Translations under genes and position numbers: made by a program
The notes under the pieces: model-generated
The model's input: only the letters and a program-made list of their open reading frames with translations
Database searches by the model: none
What the model was told of the DNA's origin: nothing
Assembly (NCBI GenBank): GCA_044226015.1
Contig: JBGAHS010000009.1
Location: 32,001-96,000 of the forward strand
DNA: 64,000 nt
Reading direction: 5' to 3'
DNA from: Candidatus Obscuribacteraceae bacterium
GTDB lineage: Bacteria > Cyanobacteriota > Vampirovibrionia > Obscuribacterales > Obscuribacteraceae
Shown here: positions 9,307 through 19,142 of the stretch, piece by piece
Layout of the letters: each line of letters opens with the position of its first letter
How positions within the stretch are numbered: position 1 is the first letter of the stretch

Positions 9307-9900
9307 TTACTTGCTGATTACAGCGCCCACAGGCGCGCTTCGCCATCCCTGTTTTCTTTTGAATTCTTCATAGAGAACTATCTGGTCGGGATTAAGTACT
9401 TTCCTTACTTCAAGAGACATGCGGCAGTAATCTACGATGATTTCGGAGTACAAGTGCCCCAGGTGTGTTTGAATGCCCATAATAGTTTCGGGACGATCAC
9501 CATGAGCAATTTTGGTGAGAAGTTCAGCATTTTTACTGCGATATTCCACTCTTAAAGGTTCTATTCTTGGCTTGTAACTTGCCAGAATGCTTGTGATCTT
9601 TTCGCGTTGATCAGAATTTGCATGAATGTGTTCCAGAATTGGATTCAGGTAGAAGCCGTAGGGGCGATTGAAGGAACCTGCTGCTGGCGTTTGTCCAAGG
9701 GTCGCCGAAGCAGGAGTGAGTTTCTCTGAATCAGGTTTGTCTGGTGACGGGCTTTGAGCATGAAGCGGATTGTGATGCAGGCTCAGGAATATCAGACTCG
9801 CCGCAAGGGTGAGTCCTTGCCAGCGCCAGTTTGGCCAACGTCTCTGAATTTGCTCATCGACATTTGTTTGCTTTGGTTCTCTGGTCAGTGTATGCGACAT
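9307..9900 (-). CDS. Spy/CpxP-like (LTXXQ) periplasmic protein
   Basis: Hydrophobic leader, DQREKITSI helix, VRKVLNPDQ; start uncertain. Confidence 0.7.
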   Translation of the reverse strand: MSHTLTREPKQTNVDEQIQRRWPNWRWQGLTLAASLIFLSLHHNPLHAQSPSPDKPDSEKLTPASATLGQTPAAGSFNRPYGFYLNPILEHIHANSDQREKITSILASYKPRIEPLRVEYRSKNAELLTKIAHGDRPETIMGIQTHLGHLYSEIIVDYCRMSLEVRKVLNPDQIVLYEEFKRKQGWRSAPVGAVISK

Positions 9901-10114
9901 AATGAAAATCTTCCCGAACTCTTGAAAACGAACCGCAGAGGGCTTTCCGGGTCTATATACCCGGAAATAGCAATTTCTGCACTGCATCAACTTTTCTTGT
10001 CATCGTTGCTGCATTATCTGCCGCAACTGCACTTGTACAAGCAAGACGCCACTGATCAAAAATTGTGCCCAGAGCAGATGATTTGCTTGTCAAGGTGTTG
10101 CAAATCATGCTTAA

Positions 10115-12304
10115 ATGAACTGTTCAGGCAGGAATCGCATGAGATTTTCTAGAAAAAATTCTGATGAGACTAGCATAGGGTCGCTGCGAGAACAGGGAGC
10201 TCGAATAAGTCGTCACCAGGGATTTCTTTTCTGGCTCAACAAGATATCTTTTGTATGTTGCAGTGCCGCATCAATTTTTATTGTGCTGATGACCATCAAG
10301 GTTGGAATGCATTTGGTGAAAGTACCGAATCTTACCTTCTTGGACAAATACAATCCGATAGAAACAATACAGATTTACGACAAAAACGATAAGCTCATTG
10401 TCTCCGTAGATGGTGCCGAAAAGCGAATTCTCGTGCCCATCAAGGGTGTGTCTCCTAACATGAAGAAGGCACTCTTGGCCGCAGAAGATCACCGTTTCTA
10501 TGAGCACAAGGGCGTTAGCTTTACCGGCATTTTTCGAGCTGTGGCTTCGAACCTTACTCACGGACGCGTGGTAGAGGGTGGTTCCACCATTACACAGCAA
10601 CTTGCGAAAAATCTGTTTTTTGAAGGAGAAAAACGTACTTTCGATCTTAAGTTAGCTGAGTTGATAATTGCGTTAACCCTGGAAAACCTCTACTCAAAAG
10701 ACAAAATACTGGAACTCTATTTGAACGAAGTTTATTTCGGTAACAACAGCTATGGTATTGAGCAAGCCGCCAGAAATTATTTTGGCAAAAAAGCAAGCCA
10801 GTTATCGCTTGGGGAGTCGGCATTTCTAGCTGGAATAATTCGCTACCCGACAAAAGGTGGTTCGGTTCAAAACCGATTAAGTGCATCTATTAGAGAACGT
10901 GATGTTCTGGACAAGATGGCAGAGTATGGGTTCATCACTGGGATGGAACGCGACTTCGCTAAGCAAGAGTACTTGAACTTTAAGACTGCTCCGCCAGAGC
11001 CGCCCAAAGTCAAAATAAATAAATATCCTTATTATGTTGCCGCTGTGATTGAAACGATCCACGGACGGTACAACGAAGCTTCTATCGAACGACAGGGGCT
11101 CAAAATATTCACCAACCTCGATACCACTGCACAAGATGCAGCAGAGAGAGCTGTTTCTCAGGGACTGGCGCGGGCTCCGTATGGAGTCAATCAAGGTGCG
11201 TTAGTAAGTATACGCATCACTGACGGGGCAGTAATAGCACTGGTGGGTGGCGTGGGAAACTACGAGCAAAATCAATGGAACTGCGCCACTAACCCTCACA
11301 CCGCAGGTTCGGCATTCAAGCCATTCGTCTACCTTGCTGGGTTTGAAAACGGACTCATCAATGAGAATTCAGTGGTTGATGATACTCCTTTTGCAATTGC
11401 TGATAACACAGGAAAGGAATACAAACCGAAAAACTACGATGGTAAGTTTCTGGGCGAGATTTCGGTGCCTAAAGCATTTGCACTTTCTCGTAATATTCCT
11501 GCGCTTCGCATTGGGCAAGCCGTTGGAATTGAGACAGTGATTAATGCTGCTCAGCGCGCCGGCATTACTGAGCCACTGGCACCGGAATTGGCTCTATCTT
11601 TGGGGTGTTCGGCCGTGTCTCCATTGCACATGGCAAATGCATACGCGACGATAGCACGTGGTGGCACATATTTGTCGCCAGTCATGATTCGGCGAGTCGA
11701 GTCTCGCACCGGAAGGGTGCTTGATAGTTTCGGGCAATCATCTAATACAGCATTTGACCGCGCTGCGATAGCACAACTTGTTGATTGTATGGAAGATTGC
11801 GTAGCAGAGGGAACAGCTCAACTGGCGAAACTAAGCGACAGACCAGTAGCTGGGAAAACCGGAACTGCTGATCATGGAAAGGATTTATGGTTTGTGGGTT
11901 TCACTCCCGACATTTGTACAGCTGTGTGGGGCGGGAACAAGGACAACAAACCGGTGGGTGCGGCAGTTACTGGTGGTACTGTCATGACGCGCATCTGGCG
12001 AGATTATATGGCTTCTTACTATCGCCAGGTGCCAACGCCAGCAGGTTGGTTTGTTGCATGCAACCGTCCAGCAGCACAATTTGCGGCGGATCGTGGTCCG
12101 ATCGAAGAGAAACCCAAAGTGCTGAGTTCGGGTCGCTCTTCGTCTTCTTACACTCGCTCATACGCTTCTTCTGGTTATCGCCAGGCAACTCCACGTCGGC
12201 GCAAGCGACCGGTGCCAAGATATGACTATGCCAGAGCTCCAGCGGGTGGGGCGATTGTGCGTCGCAGTCATGGCACGACTGAGTATGCGTGGTCGAGACG
12301 TTAG
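10115..12304 (+). CDS. Class A penicillin-binding protein (PBP1A family)
   Basis: Transglycosylase motifs EDHRFYEHKG, GGSTITQQLAKN, YLNEVYFG; transpeptidase SAFK, SRN, KTG; start may be 10139. Confidence 0.95.
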   Translation: MNCSGRNRMRFSRKNSDETSIGSLREQGARISRHQGFLFWLNKISFVCCSAASIFIVLMTIKVGMHLVKVPNLTFLDKYNPIETIQIYDKNDKLIVSVDGAEKRILVPIKGVSPNMKKALLAAEDHRFYEHKGVSFTGIFRAVASNLTHGRVVEGGSTITQQLAKNLFFEGEKRTFDLKLAELIIALTLENLYSKDKILELYLNEVYFGNNSYGIEQAARNYFGKKASQLSLGESAFLAGIIRYPTKGGSVQNRLSASIRERDVLDKMAEYGFITGMERDFAKQEYLNFKTAPPEPPKVKINKYPYYVAAVIETIHGRYNEASIERQGLKIFTNLDTTAQDAAERAVSQGLARAPYGVNQGALVSIRITDGAVIALVGGVGNYEQNQWNCATNPHTAGSAFKPFVYLAGFENGLINENSVVDDTPFAIADNTGKEYKPKNYDGKFLGEISVPKAFALSRNIPALRIGQAVGIETVINAAQRAGITEPLAPELALSLGCSAVSPLHMANAYATIARGGTYLSPVMIRRVESRTGRVLDSFGQSSNTAFDRAAIAQLVDCMEDCVAEGTAQLAKLSDRPVAGKTGTADHGKDLWFVGFTPDICTAVWGGNKDNKPVGAAVTGGTVMTRIWRDYMASYYRQVPTPAGWFVACNRPAAQFAADRGPIEEKPKVLSSGRSSSSYTRSYASSGYRQATPRRRKRPVPRYDYARAPAGGAIVRRSHGTTEYAWSRR

Positions 12305-12386
12305 TAAATATGCCGAAAATCCTGAAACCCCAGTTCTTGCGAACCAGGGCTTCAGGAGCAGATTTCCGGGGGCTGAAAAAATTTTG

Positions 12387-12920
12387 TCAGGATGCGACGA
12401 GTAGTCGCTTCTTCTGCAACAGTTTCTTTGTGGCTGGATGGCAGCAACTTAAGCAGATGCCATCTTCAGCAAATACATGCTTGTCGGCTTCGGCTAGCCG
12501 CAGGCATATGTGACTTAGTTTCACTTCGTCCGATGAGAGGTGTTTGAGCATGCCTACGATAAGTCCATCCATACCACGGCTGTCACTGCAGGTGGTGCAT
12601 GGTGAAAGTGCCTGCTCAAGAAAATCGTCTAAGCCAAAAAATGTTAGGGGCATTCTCTTTGGTGCGCATTTATCACAGATGAGGCGGCGGATTGCTTTCC
12701 ACAAGCCCATTCTGACTGGGTTGTTTGATGCGCCATTGTCCCATTCGACAGCTCCGAGCTCACAACGTTGGTGTGCACATTGGTCGTCAAGTCTTACTTT
12801 TATTTCGTTAGTACTGCTCTGAATTCCAGAGCTAGCATTTAGCCAATAACCTACTAGCTTGTGGTTACGTCCTGCGCCTCTGGAAATTGGGGCAAATGAA
12901 GTTCCTGTTAAATATGCCAT
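12387..12920 (-). CDS. Cys-rich hypothetical protein, probable metal (Zn) binding
   Basis: 10 Cys arranged as CAHQRC, CDKC, CTTC, HIC, CLSCCH. Confidence 0.65.
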   Translation of the reverse strand: MAYLTGTSFAPISRGAGRNHKLVGYWLNASSGIQSSTNEIKVRLDDQCAHQRCELGAVEWDNGASNNPVRMGLWKAIRRLICDKCAPKRMPLTFFGLDDFLEQALSPCTTCSDSRGMDGLIVGMLKHLSSDEVKLSHICLRLAEADKHVFAEDGICLSCCHPATKKLLQKKRLLVAS

Positions 12921-13117
12921 GTTCTCTTCTCACTTCAACTAGGTTCGCCAATCTCGTATTTGAATACTATTACTCGAACTTCCAACAAGTGAATTGGAAA
13001 TCGAAATTATTCTGAGCGTGGTCTCCAACCTGTAGTCTGTCCAATTCATTTGTTGGACCCGCCTCACGCATTATTAGAGTGGCTGTCTGACCCTTTCTAT
13101 CTGCTGAGGAAAACCCT

Positions 13118-13840
13118 ATGCCGAGACTTGCTTTTGATAGTGAAGAGTTGCTGCACTGGTGGGATCCTAAAACAGATCTTTCCTTCATCTTTGATTTCAA
13201 CTGGAAAGCAATCCACCATTTAAGAGATGCAGTAACCTATTTTTTGTCCGCTAGATTACATGCCGTTTCCCAGCGAGCCACTCGCACAATTCATGAGTCG
13301 GGATGCTCGGAACTAAAATTTATGATGGCATCAAATCCTAACACTACTGCAGAGTTACTCGATTTCTTGAGTTTTGTCAGTGATGAGGCTGCGCTCGTCA
13401 GAGTTGCCGAAAATCCAAATGCTGATCGAGACACACTATCAAGGCTCGCCTTTCATCACGATCCTGAGGTGAGAGCGGCAGTGGCAGACAACATCAATAC
13501 ACCGGACACTTGTTTCAAACGATTGGCTCTGGATGAATCAGTAGATGTCAGATATAGGCTGGCTGAAAATCCCTACGCTCCGCTTTCCAGCCTATATACG
13601 GTTTTGAAAGACGAAAACCCATATGTAAGTCAAAGAGCAAAGAAGACTCTTTCTCGCCTTGTTTTCGATTCAATGGCGGAAGCCTGCCGCCCGCAGGCGC
13701 ATGTCAGCTCTGAACAATCAGTGCATCCCGAGCGTCTACAAAGGCTTGCCGAAAGCAAAATGATAATCGCTGAGCTCAACGAAATATGTGGTTATGATTT
13801 CATAGCTATCGAATTTCCTGCATATCAGGGCGTCCTGTAG
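13118..13840 (+). CDS. Leucine-rich-repeat-variant (LRV)/HEAT-like repeat protein
   Basis: Repeated VRxxVAxNPNT..LxxLA units. Confidence 0.8.
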   Translation: MPRLAFDSEELLHWWDPKTDLSFIFDFNWKAIHHLRDAVTYFLSARLHAVSQRATRTIHESGCSELKFMMASNPNTTAELLDFLSFVSDEAALVRVAENPNADRDTLSRLAFHHDPEVRAAVADNINTPDTCFKRLALDESVDVRYRLAENPYAPLSSLYTVLKDENPYVSQRAKKTLSRLVFDSMAEACRPQAHVSSEQSVHPERLQRLAESKMIIAELNEICGYDFIAIEFPAYQGVL

Positions 13841-13892
13841 TCATCTATACTGCAGGAACCAAATACCGGCACTCTAGTCTTCTATCCAGTTC

Positions 13893-13924
13893 GCGGGATC
13901 TGCTTCGACATCTGCAGATCCCGC
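13893..13924. terminator. Intergenic stem-loop
   Basis: gcgggatctgc-N10-gcagatcccgc, 11-bp perfect stem; no clear U-tract. Confidence 0.4.
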
Positions 13925-13949
13925 ATCTGCTCTGAAGGCTATAAGCAGC

Positions 13950-14726
13950 ATGAATTCCCTTGGCTCACAGTCCAATCATTCCTTTGCCAATTTCATTGAG
14001 TGGCTCAGCCCATTGGGGATGTCTGCTCGAATGCTTTTTGAGGCGCTTGCCCCAGCTGGGTTCAGAAAAATCAATCGTCTTCAATTTGACGCGTATTGCA
14101 AATGGTTTGGACTGCGTGGATTTCATTTGATTGTTATCGGTGCTGCTGCTGTTTCGATTGCACTTACGATTGAATGCGTCATCGAAATGCAAAAATATCG
14201 TGTGCAAGATTTGTCGGGGCTCGTTATTGCAATTGGTCTGCTTCGAGAGTTGGGACCGCTCACTGTAAGTCTGGCATGGTGCGCAAGGGTCGCAGCTATG
14301 CTGGCTGAAGAAGGGCAACTGTATAAAACGCTGCCGGAAAAAAAGTTTGCAGAGGAATATGTATTGCCTCGCTACCTTGCAGCGTTGTGGACTGCAATTC
14401 CCCTTGGAGCTTACGGACTGTTGTTTGGTTTCGTGACAGGGGCTGTTTTAGCACCTTTGCTAGGCGTCAGCTCAGCGAATGATTTTCTTGAGTCATCAAA
14501 GCAAGGTATAGAAAACAGAGACTTATTTTTGTATTTTACAAAATTGATTCTTATCAACCCAACAATAGGCGTTTTCGCTGGTTCTGCGGCTGCACGGCTA
14601 AGTAGTGTGGGTGGAACGTTGAATGTTTCGGCTGCAGCGAATGCTGTCACCGCAACATTCCTCTGTGGCTACATCGCAAACGCTATGCTCACTTTTCTTG
14701 TAGTTGTGTTCTGGAGGACGCTATGA
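13950..14726 (+). CDS. mlaE: MlaE family ABC permease
   Basis: LLRELGPL motif, YVLPR, multiple TMs; overlaps next gene (ATGA). Confidence 0.85.
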   Translation: MNSLGSQSNHSFANFIEWLSPLGMSARMLFEALAPAGFRKINRLQFDAYCKWFGLRGFHLIVIGAAAVSIALTIECVIEMQKYRVQDLSGLVIAIGLLRELGPLTVSLAWCARVAAMLAEEGQLYKTLPEKKFAEEYVLPRYLAALWTAIPLGAYGLLFGFVTGAVLAPLLGVSSANDFLESSKQGIENRDLFLYFTKLILINPTIGVFAGSAAARLSSVGGTLNVSAAANAVTATFLCGYIANAMLTFLVVVFWRTL

Positions 14727-15946
14727 TTTACCGCACGCTGGAACCAACAAGCATTAGAGATGACGTGGAGTTTCGCAGGTCGCCAGCCGATTTGTCTCTC
14801 GGACTATTTACCGCTGTTGCGATCGTTCTTCTTTTCTGGGGATTTTGCTGGCTCAAGAATTACCCACTGTTCCACCGACTTCAACATGTAAACGTCATTT
14901 TCAGTGAGATTGCCGGGTTGAATGATTCCGCAGCTGTTTATGTAGATGGCGTCCGCGTGGGCATGGTAGAAAGCATCGAGTGGAAAAAACACCATGAGGT
15001 GTTGGTGCGATTGCGAATCAACCAATCGAAAATTTTGATTCGAGAGGGCTCGAAGTTTGAAATTCTAACCAATGGTATTGTGGGGGCGCGATATATCGAA
15101 ATCACTCCGCCTGATGCGGATGCTGCCGCTCGAGAGCCCGGGGTGATTAAAGAAACCGAGTTAGTTCATGGTGAAGATCCTGTTCGTCCAGAACTTGCTG
15201 TTAACAAATTAGCGCTTACGTTGAGCTCCATAGATGTGGAACAACTGCAAAAGAACCTGAGCGCTGACCGCAAGAGATTAATAAAAGCCGCCGATCAACT
15301 GGCAGTTCTTGCGGACAAGAGTATGCCTGTTATAGATCGAACATTGCCACTAGAAAATCAACTCATTGCATTGACAAAAGATTTGCGCACAACTACCAGG
15401 CACATCAACAAGGTTCTGGATAACCCACAGTTAGGTGCAGATTTAAGGACTACTGCCGAAAACGCCAGGCAGACTGCCGCTCATTTGCAATCATCTATTA
15501 AACAGCTGAAGGAGTTATTGCAAGACACTCCTCTCAGAGAAGATCTGGTGAAGAGTTTCACTCAGCTCAATGAGTCAACATTGAGTATTGAGCGCTCACT
15601 GAAATCTGTCGGCAATCTGGCTGAAGATAAGGAACTGCGAAAAGACCTGACGGAAATTACGCGAAACACAAATGAATCTTTGAAGAAGATCAATGACTTG
15701 CTTAACGACCCTGACGGAGCAGATTTGAAATCAACTTTGCAGTCGGCAAAAGGTGCAATTCAGCATTTGGACACAGCAGGAGCACAACTCAATCAGATTC
15801 TAGACAAGCGTTGTCCCCTGCTGCACATGATGTTTGGTAGACCAGGGAAGATCAAGCTAGAAAAGAACTTGAAGCAAAAAGGTACTGTTCATGGTGCTCA
15901 GCTTGAGCCAACGCCAGCTGCCTTAGAAATGAAACAAAAGGATTGA
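14723..15946 (+). CDS. mlaD: MlaD/MCE family protein with long helical C-terminus
   Basis: TM, then F..IAGL...AVYVDGVRVGMV..I and GIVGARYIEITP. Confidence 0.9.
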   Translation: MIYRTLEPTSIRDDVEFRRSPADLSLGLFTAVAIVLLFWGFCWLKNYPLFHRLQHVNVIFSEIAGLNDSAAVYVDGVRVGMVESIEWKKHHEVLVRLRINQSKILIREGSKFEILTNGIVGARYIEITPPDADAAAREPGVIKETELVHGEDPVRPELAVNKLALTLSSIDVEQLQKNLSADRKRLIKAADQLAVLADKSMPVIDRTLPLENQLIALTKDLRTTTRHINKVLDNPQLGADLRTTAENARQTAAHLQSSIKQLKELLQDTPLREDLVKSFTQLNESTLSIERSLKSVGNLAEDKELRKDLTEITRNTNESLKKINDLLNDPDGADLKSTLQSAKGAIQHLDTAGAQLNQILDKRCPLLHMMFGRPGKIKLEKNLKQKGTVHGAQLEPTPAALEMKQKD

Positions 15947-15993
15947 GCCCTTATCGCGCATTCAGCAAATAACAGGACTCAAAAGAGACGGTT

Positions 15994-16521
15994 CTAGTGC
16001 ATGGTCTTCCACTTCTTATCGACATGCTCAGGAAGCGATTTCAGATTCTTTAGAAACATTGTGACTTGCCACAATTCTTCTTCGCTGAGAATGCGATTGA
16101 ATGACGGCATCCCTGTGAACTTAATGCCGTGATCAATTACGTAATAAATTCTTGATTCTTCCCATTTGCCGATCTTGTCTTCTTCGTCAGAGAATATTGG
16201 TGCGGGTGGGCTGTATGCATTTGCAAAAGAGGGAGCCGGCGATAATGGCGTTCCATGGCAGCCTGAGCAGTTTCCTTCGTATACTCGGGCACCTGCTGAA
16301 AGATTTTTCTCGTCGGCAGTCAAAGGGTTTTTCAAGCCTGTTGTTTGGCTATTTAGCGTTGCTTTGAGCGATTGGTGTGCTGCCCACCTTTCAAAATTAC
16401 TTGAGGGCTCATCTTGCCGTGCGGGAATCATGCCGGAGTTGATAATTAAATAGACGGCCAGCGCCATCAGGAAGAATGTTCCGGCCACACCGCAGGCAAT
16501 ACCAGAGAGGAACTTACTCAT
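15994..16521 (-). CDS. Membrane-anchored monoheme cytochrome c
   Basis: CSGCH heme motif, GIKFTGMPSF, LSEEELWQV. Confidence 0.9.
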   Translation of the reverse strand: MSKFLSGIACGVAGTFFLMALAVYLIINSGMIPARQDEPSSNFERWAAHQSLKATLNSQTTGLKNPLTADEKNLSAGARVYEGNCSGCHGTPLSPAPSFANAYSPPAPIFSDEEDKIGKWEESRIYYVIDHGIKFTGMPSFNRILSEEELWQVTMFLKNLKSLPEHVDKKWKTMH

Positions 16522-16540
16522 GTTTACCGTCCATCAGCGT

Positions 16541-16903
16541 CTAGAATTTGTAGTTGCCGTATTCCATGATCATTGATTTGACAGCTTCTTCTATGGTCTT
16601 GCCAGCGGTAAGCCTTTCAATATCGGCTTGTGGCACCATTGAGTAGAGAGCTTTTTCCGCACGATTGCGAATGAATTGATTGGGATGGTTCTTCATCACA
16701 AAATAGAGGGGCGGGATACTAAGTGGTTTCTTCTCGTTTTCAATCGTTTCAATCGTATCAAGCACGACTTGTGCATCATTCGATTTCAGATTGTCTATTA
16801 GCATCTTGAAGGTGAAATGGTCTAACTTGCCCATCAGACCTTTCGCCGCGCTTCCAATGGAGTCGGTGACCGATTGAAATTGTTTTACGAAATCGTCCTT
16901 CAT
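16541..16903 (-). CDS. Hypothetical protein (HEAT-like helices)
   Basis: 120-aa ORF tightly co-oriented between ArnT-like gene and cytochrome c. Confidence 0.7.
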   Translation of the reverse strand: MKDDFVKQFQSVTDSIGSAAKGLMGKLDHFTFKMLIDNLKSNDAQVVLDTIETIENEKKPLSIPPLYFVMKNHPNQFIRNRAEKALYSMVPQADIERLTAGKTIEEAVKSMIMEYGNYKF

Positions 16904-16914
16904 GCAGTCGAATC

Positions 16915-18735
16915 TCAGTTTTGCTTCTGATTGGTCACAAGAAGAAGTTTTGTTTGAGCAATCTTCTTTCCCTTGCTCAGGAAGTATACAGGATTCAAGC
17001 TTCTTGGAATGAAGGGATTGCTTGCCAAAACCGTTGAATTGCCTTTGCTCATTTGCTGATATTCGTTTTCCTGTATCAGCAGGACAGATGGAGCTTTCGC
17101 TTTTAAGAACTGTTCTGCCATCCTGATGTTCTCAATCTTCATTGGTTCGCAGTCGGCCTGGAATGTAATTTCGTCAATCCAGTTTTGCAGGCTTGTGTAA
17201 ACTCCAACTCTGCCGTTTTCAGGCATCGCACTTATATAAGGAACGTATTTTAATACTGCTTGTTGGCTCGAAATCCAGGGATATATTTCCCAGGAGAAAG
17301 CTGTTGCGATTAAGCACACAGCAACGAAGAGCATCTTGAATGATTTTCTTAGTTGCTTTTGGGCTGCACACACAAGCATCGTGAGCCCCGAAACCAGGGT
17401 CACTACAGGCAGTGCGATCCAATCGCTTACGCTTCCATTCGGAAAAAGACCAGGAAGGAGGAAGAACAGAGCTGCGCCTGCAATTGTGAGTAGCCCCGAA
17501 GCTAGCCAGGCAACGAATTGAGGAACCTTCGCATTCAAGTCACAAGCCTTACTCAGATAGTTACCGATTAAGATAGCTACTGCTGGATACACAGGCAGCG
17601 CATAGTAGTCGATTTTGCCTCTAGAAAGGCTGAAGAATCCTATCACAACTGCGGTCCACAACCACAAGTAAACATGTTTCTGAGCTTCTTCTGTCTTAAA
17701 CGCCGCGACAAAATCTGCCAATGGTTTCGAAGCTTGTCCTAGCTTCGTGTTCATTTGCGCTTTGATTTCTTTGACGGAATCAATCAGTGCTGATGGTATA
17801 AAAACTGACCAGGGTAGCATTCCGCCTATCAGAGAAACAATCATGAAGTATATTGGGCGGTGTGTGTCGTAAGTTGAGCCAGTGTAGCGCTCAAGGTTTT
17901 CGTGAATAAAGAAGTAAGTGAGGGCTCCCGCACCATTTTGGCGGTAAGCGGCAGTGAACCATGGCACTCCTGCGCCTGCAAGAATGATGGCGCATGGCAG
18001 CACATGGCGCACAGGCTCAACCTTGTTCCACTGTTTGCTCAGCGTCAAAAAGATTGCAAAAGAAATTGCTGGTAGAACGATTCCGACTGGGCCTTTAGTA
18101 ATGAATGCGAAGCCCATCGAGAGGGCGCCAAAATAAAAGAGAATGCTTCTGTGCTTTTCGTTCTTCAATGCGCTGAAAAGCAGCGTCAAGCTCATTGTAT
18201 CGAAGAGAACGAGATTCATGTCTGCCATGCAAAGGTTCGCGAACGACATGAACATGAGTGAGCTAGCCAGAACAGCAGCTGCAAGTGTTCCTGTTCTCAA
18301 ACCAAAAAGATGACGGGCACCGAAAGCTGTAAGACCTACTGTTCCTAAAGCTGATAAAACAGAAGGAATGCGAGCTGCATAGTGGCTGACACCCATCAAC
18401 TTATAGCTAAGAGCAATAAACCAATATGCAAGTATTGGCTTATCGAAGAAAGGTGTTCCATGATATAGCGGCGTTACCAGGTTGTCTGCCTCGAACATTT
18501 CTCTGACGCATTCAGCGAAGAACACTTCAGCGCGACTGAACTTGGGCCAGTTGTAAGCCATACTCAGGTAGGCAGCAGCTGCAAGAACAAGTATGCCGCC
18601 TAAAACGATTCCATACTTGGCGAAAGATTCTTCCCGTCGTTTAAGTGCCGTGTAGGCAGCGGTAATAAATTCGCCGCTTTCCTTAAATGCCGTTTTAGAC
18701 TGTGCTGTTTTGACCAGGGGATCAGTTCGTTTCAT
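16915..18735 (-). CDS. ArnT/PMT-like (GT-C fold) glycosyltransferase
   Basis: E..FAECVREM, FFDKPILAYW, AARIPS, FITKGPVG, YYALPVYPA; many TMs. Confidence 0.9.
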   Translation of the reverse strand: MKRTDPLVKTAQSKTAFKESGEFITAAYTALKRREESFAKYGIVLGGILVLAAAAYLSMAYNWPKFSRAEVFFAECVREMFEADNLVTPLYHGTPFFDKPILAYWFIALSYKLMGVSHYAARIPSVLSALGTVGLTAFGARHLFGLRTGTLAAAVLASSLMFMSFANLCMADMNLVLFDTMSLTLLFSALKNEKHRSILFYFGALSMGFAFITKGPVGIVLPAISFAIFLTLSKQWNKVEPVRHVLPCAIILAGAGVPWFTAAYRQNGAGALTYFFIHENLERYTGSTYDTHRPIYFMIVSLIGGMLPWSVFIPSALIDSVKEIKAQMNTKLGQASKPLADFVAAFKTEEAQKHVYLWLWTAVVIGFFSLSRGKIDYYALPVYPAVAILIGNYLSKACDLNAKVPQFVAWLASGLLTIAGAALFFLLPGLFPNGSVSDWIALPVVTLVSGLTMLVCAAQKQLRKSFKMLFVAVCLIATAFSWEIYPWISSQQAVLKYVPYISAMPENGRVGVYTSLQNWIDEITFQADCEPMKIENIRMAEQFLKAKAPSVLLIQENEYQQMSKGNSTVLASNPFIPRSLNPVYFLSKGKKIAQTKLLLVTNQKQN

Positions 18736-19142
18736 TCTTCGCTCCGCCTGGGCAAGATTTGCCCAAAGAATCCATGTTCGTAGGCATTATTGCAGCTATG
18801 CGAGTTTCCAATATGAGCTGACGCAAAGGCAGGCAAGATTTCTCTACACGCGCTATCTATTACCTGGCAAAGGATTTCCAGGATCTGGACTCTTTAATAA
18901 GAGGAAATGCATATTAGCAGCGCTTAATAAAGGTGTAAACGGTCGTGGCGGTATGTCTTTTGCGTATTTAGACATATGCGATGGGAATTCTACTAAGTGG
19001 GCCGTAGTTTCCCCAATGTACTTCCTTAAATCCAACACATAACATCAGTCTATGTGGAAAAAGCTAGCAAGAAAATCGTGTCTGTGTGGATGCGTTCGCG
19101 GGTAAAGGCTGGCATGGTTGGTTGCTATTCTAGGAGTGTCTA

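Noticed and set aside
12387..12920. c-type cytochrome
   Set aside because: CLSCCH is not a correctly spaced CxxCH, and there is no export signal
13950..15946. Missing mlaF as a novelty
   Set aside because: Split mla loci are common; the ATPase is probably encoded elsewhere
18853..19038. Small ORFs in the 18.7-19.1 kb intergenic region
   Set aside because: No RBS or motif support; more likely a divergent promoter region
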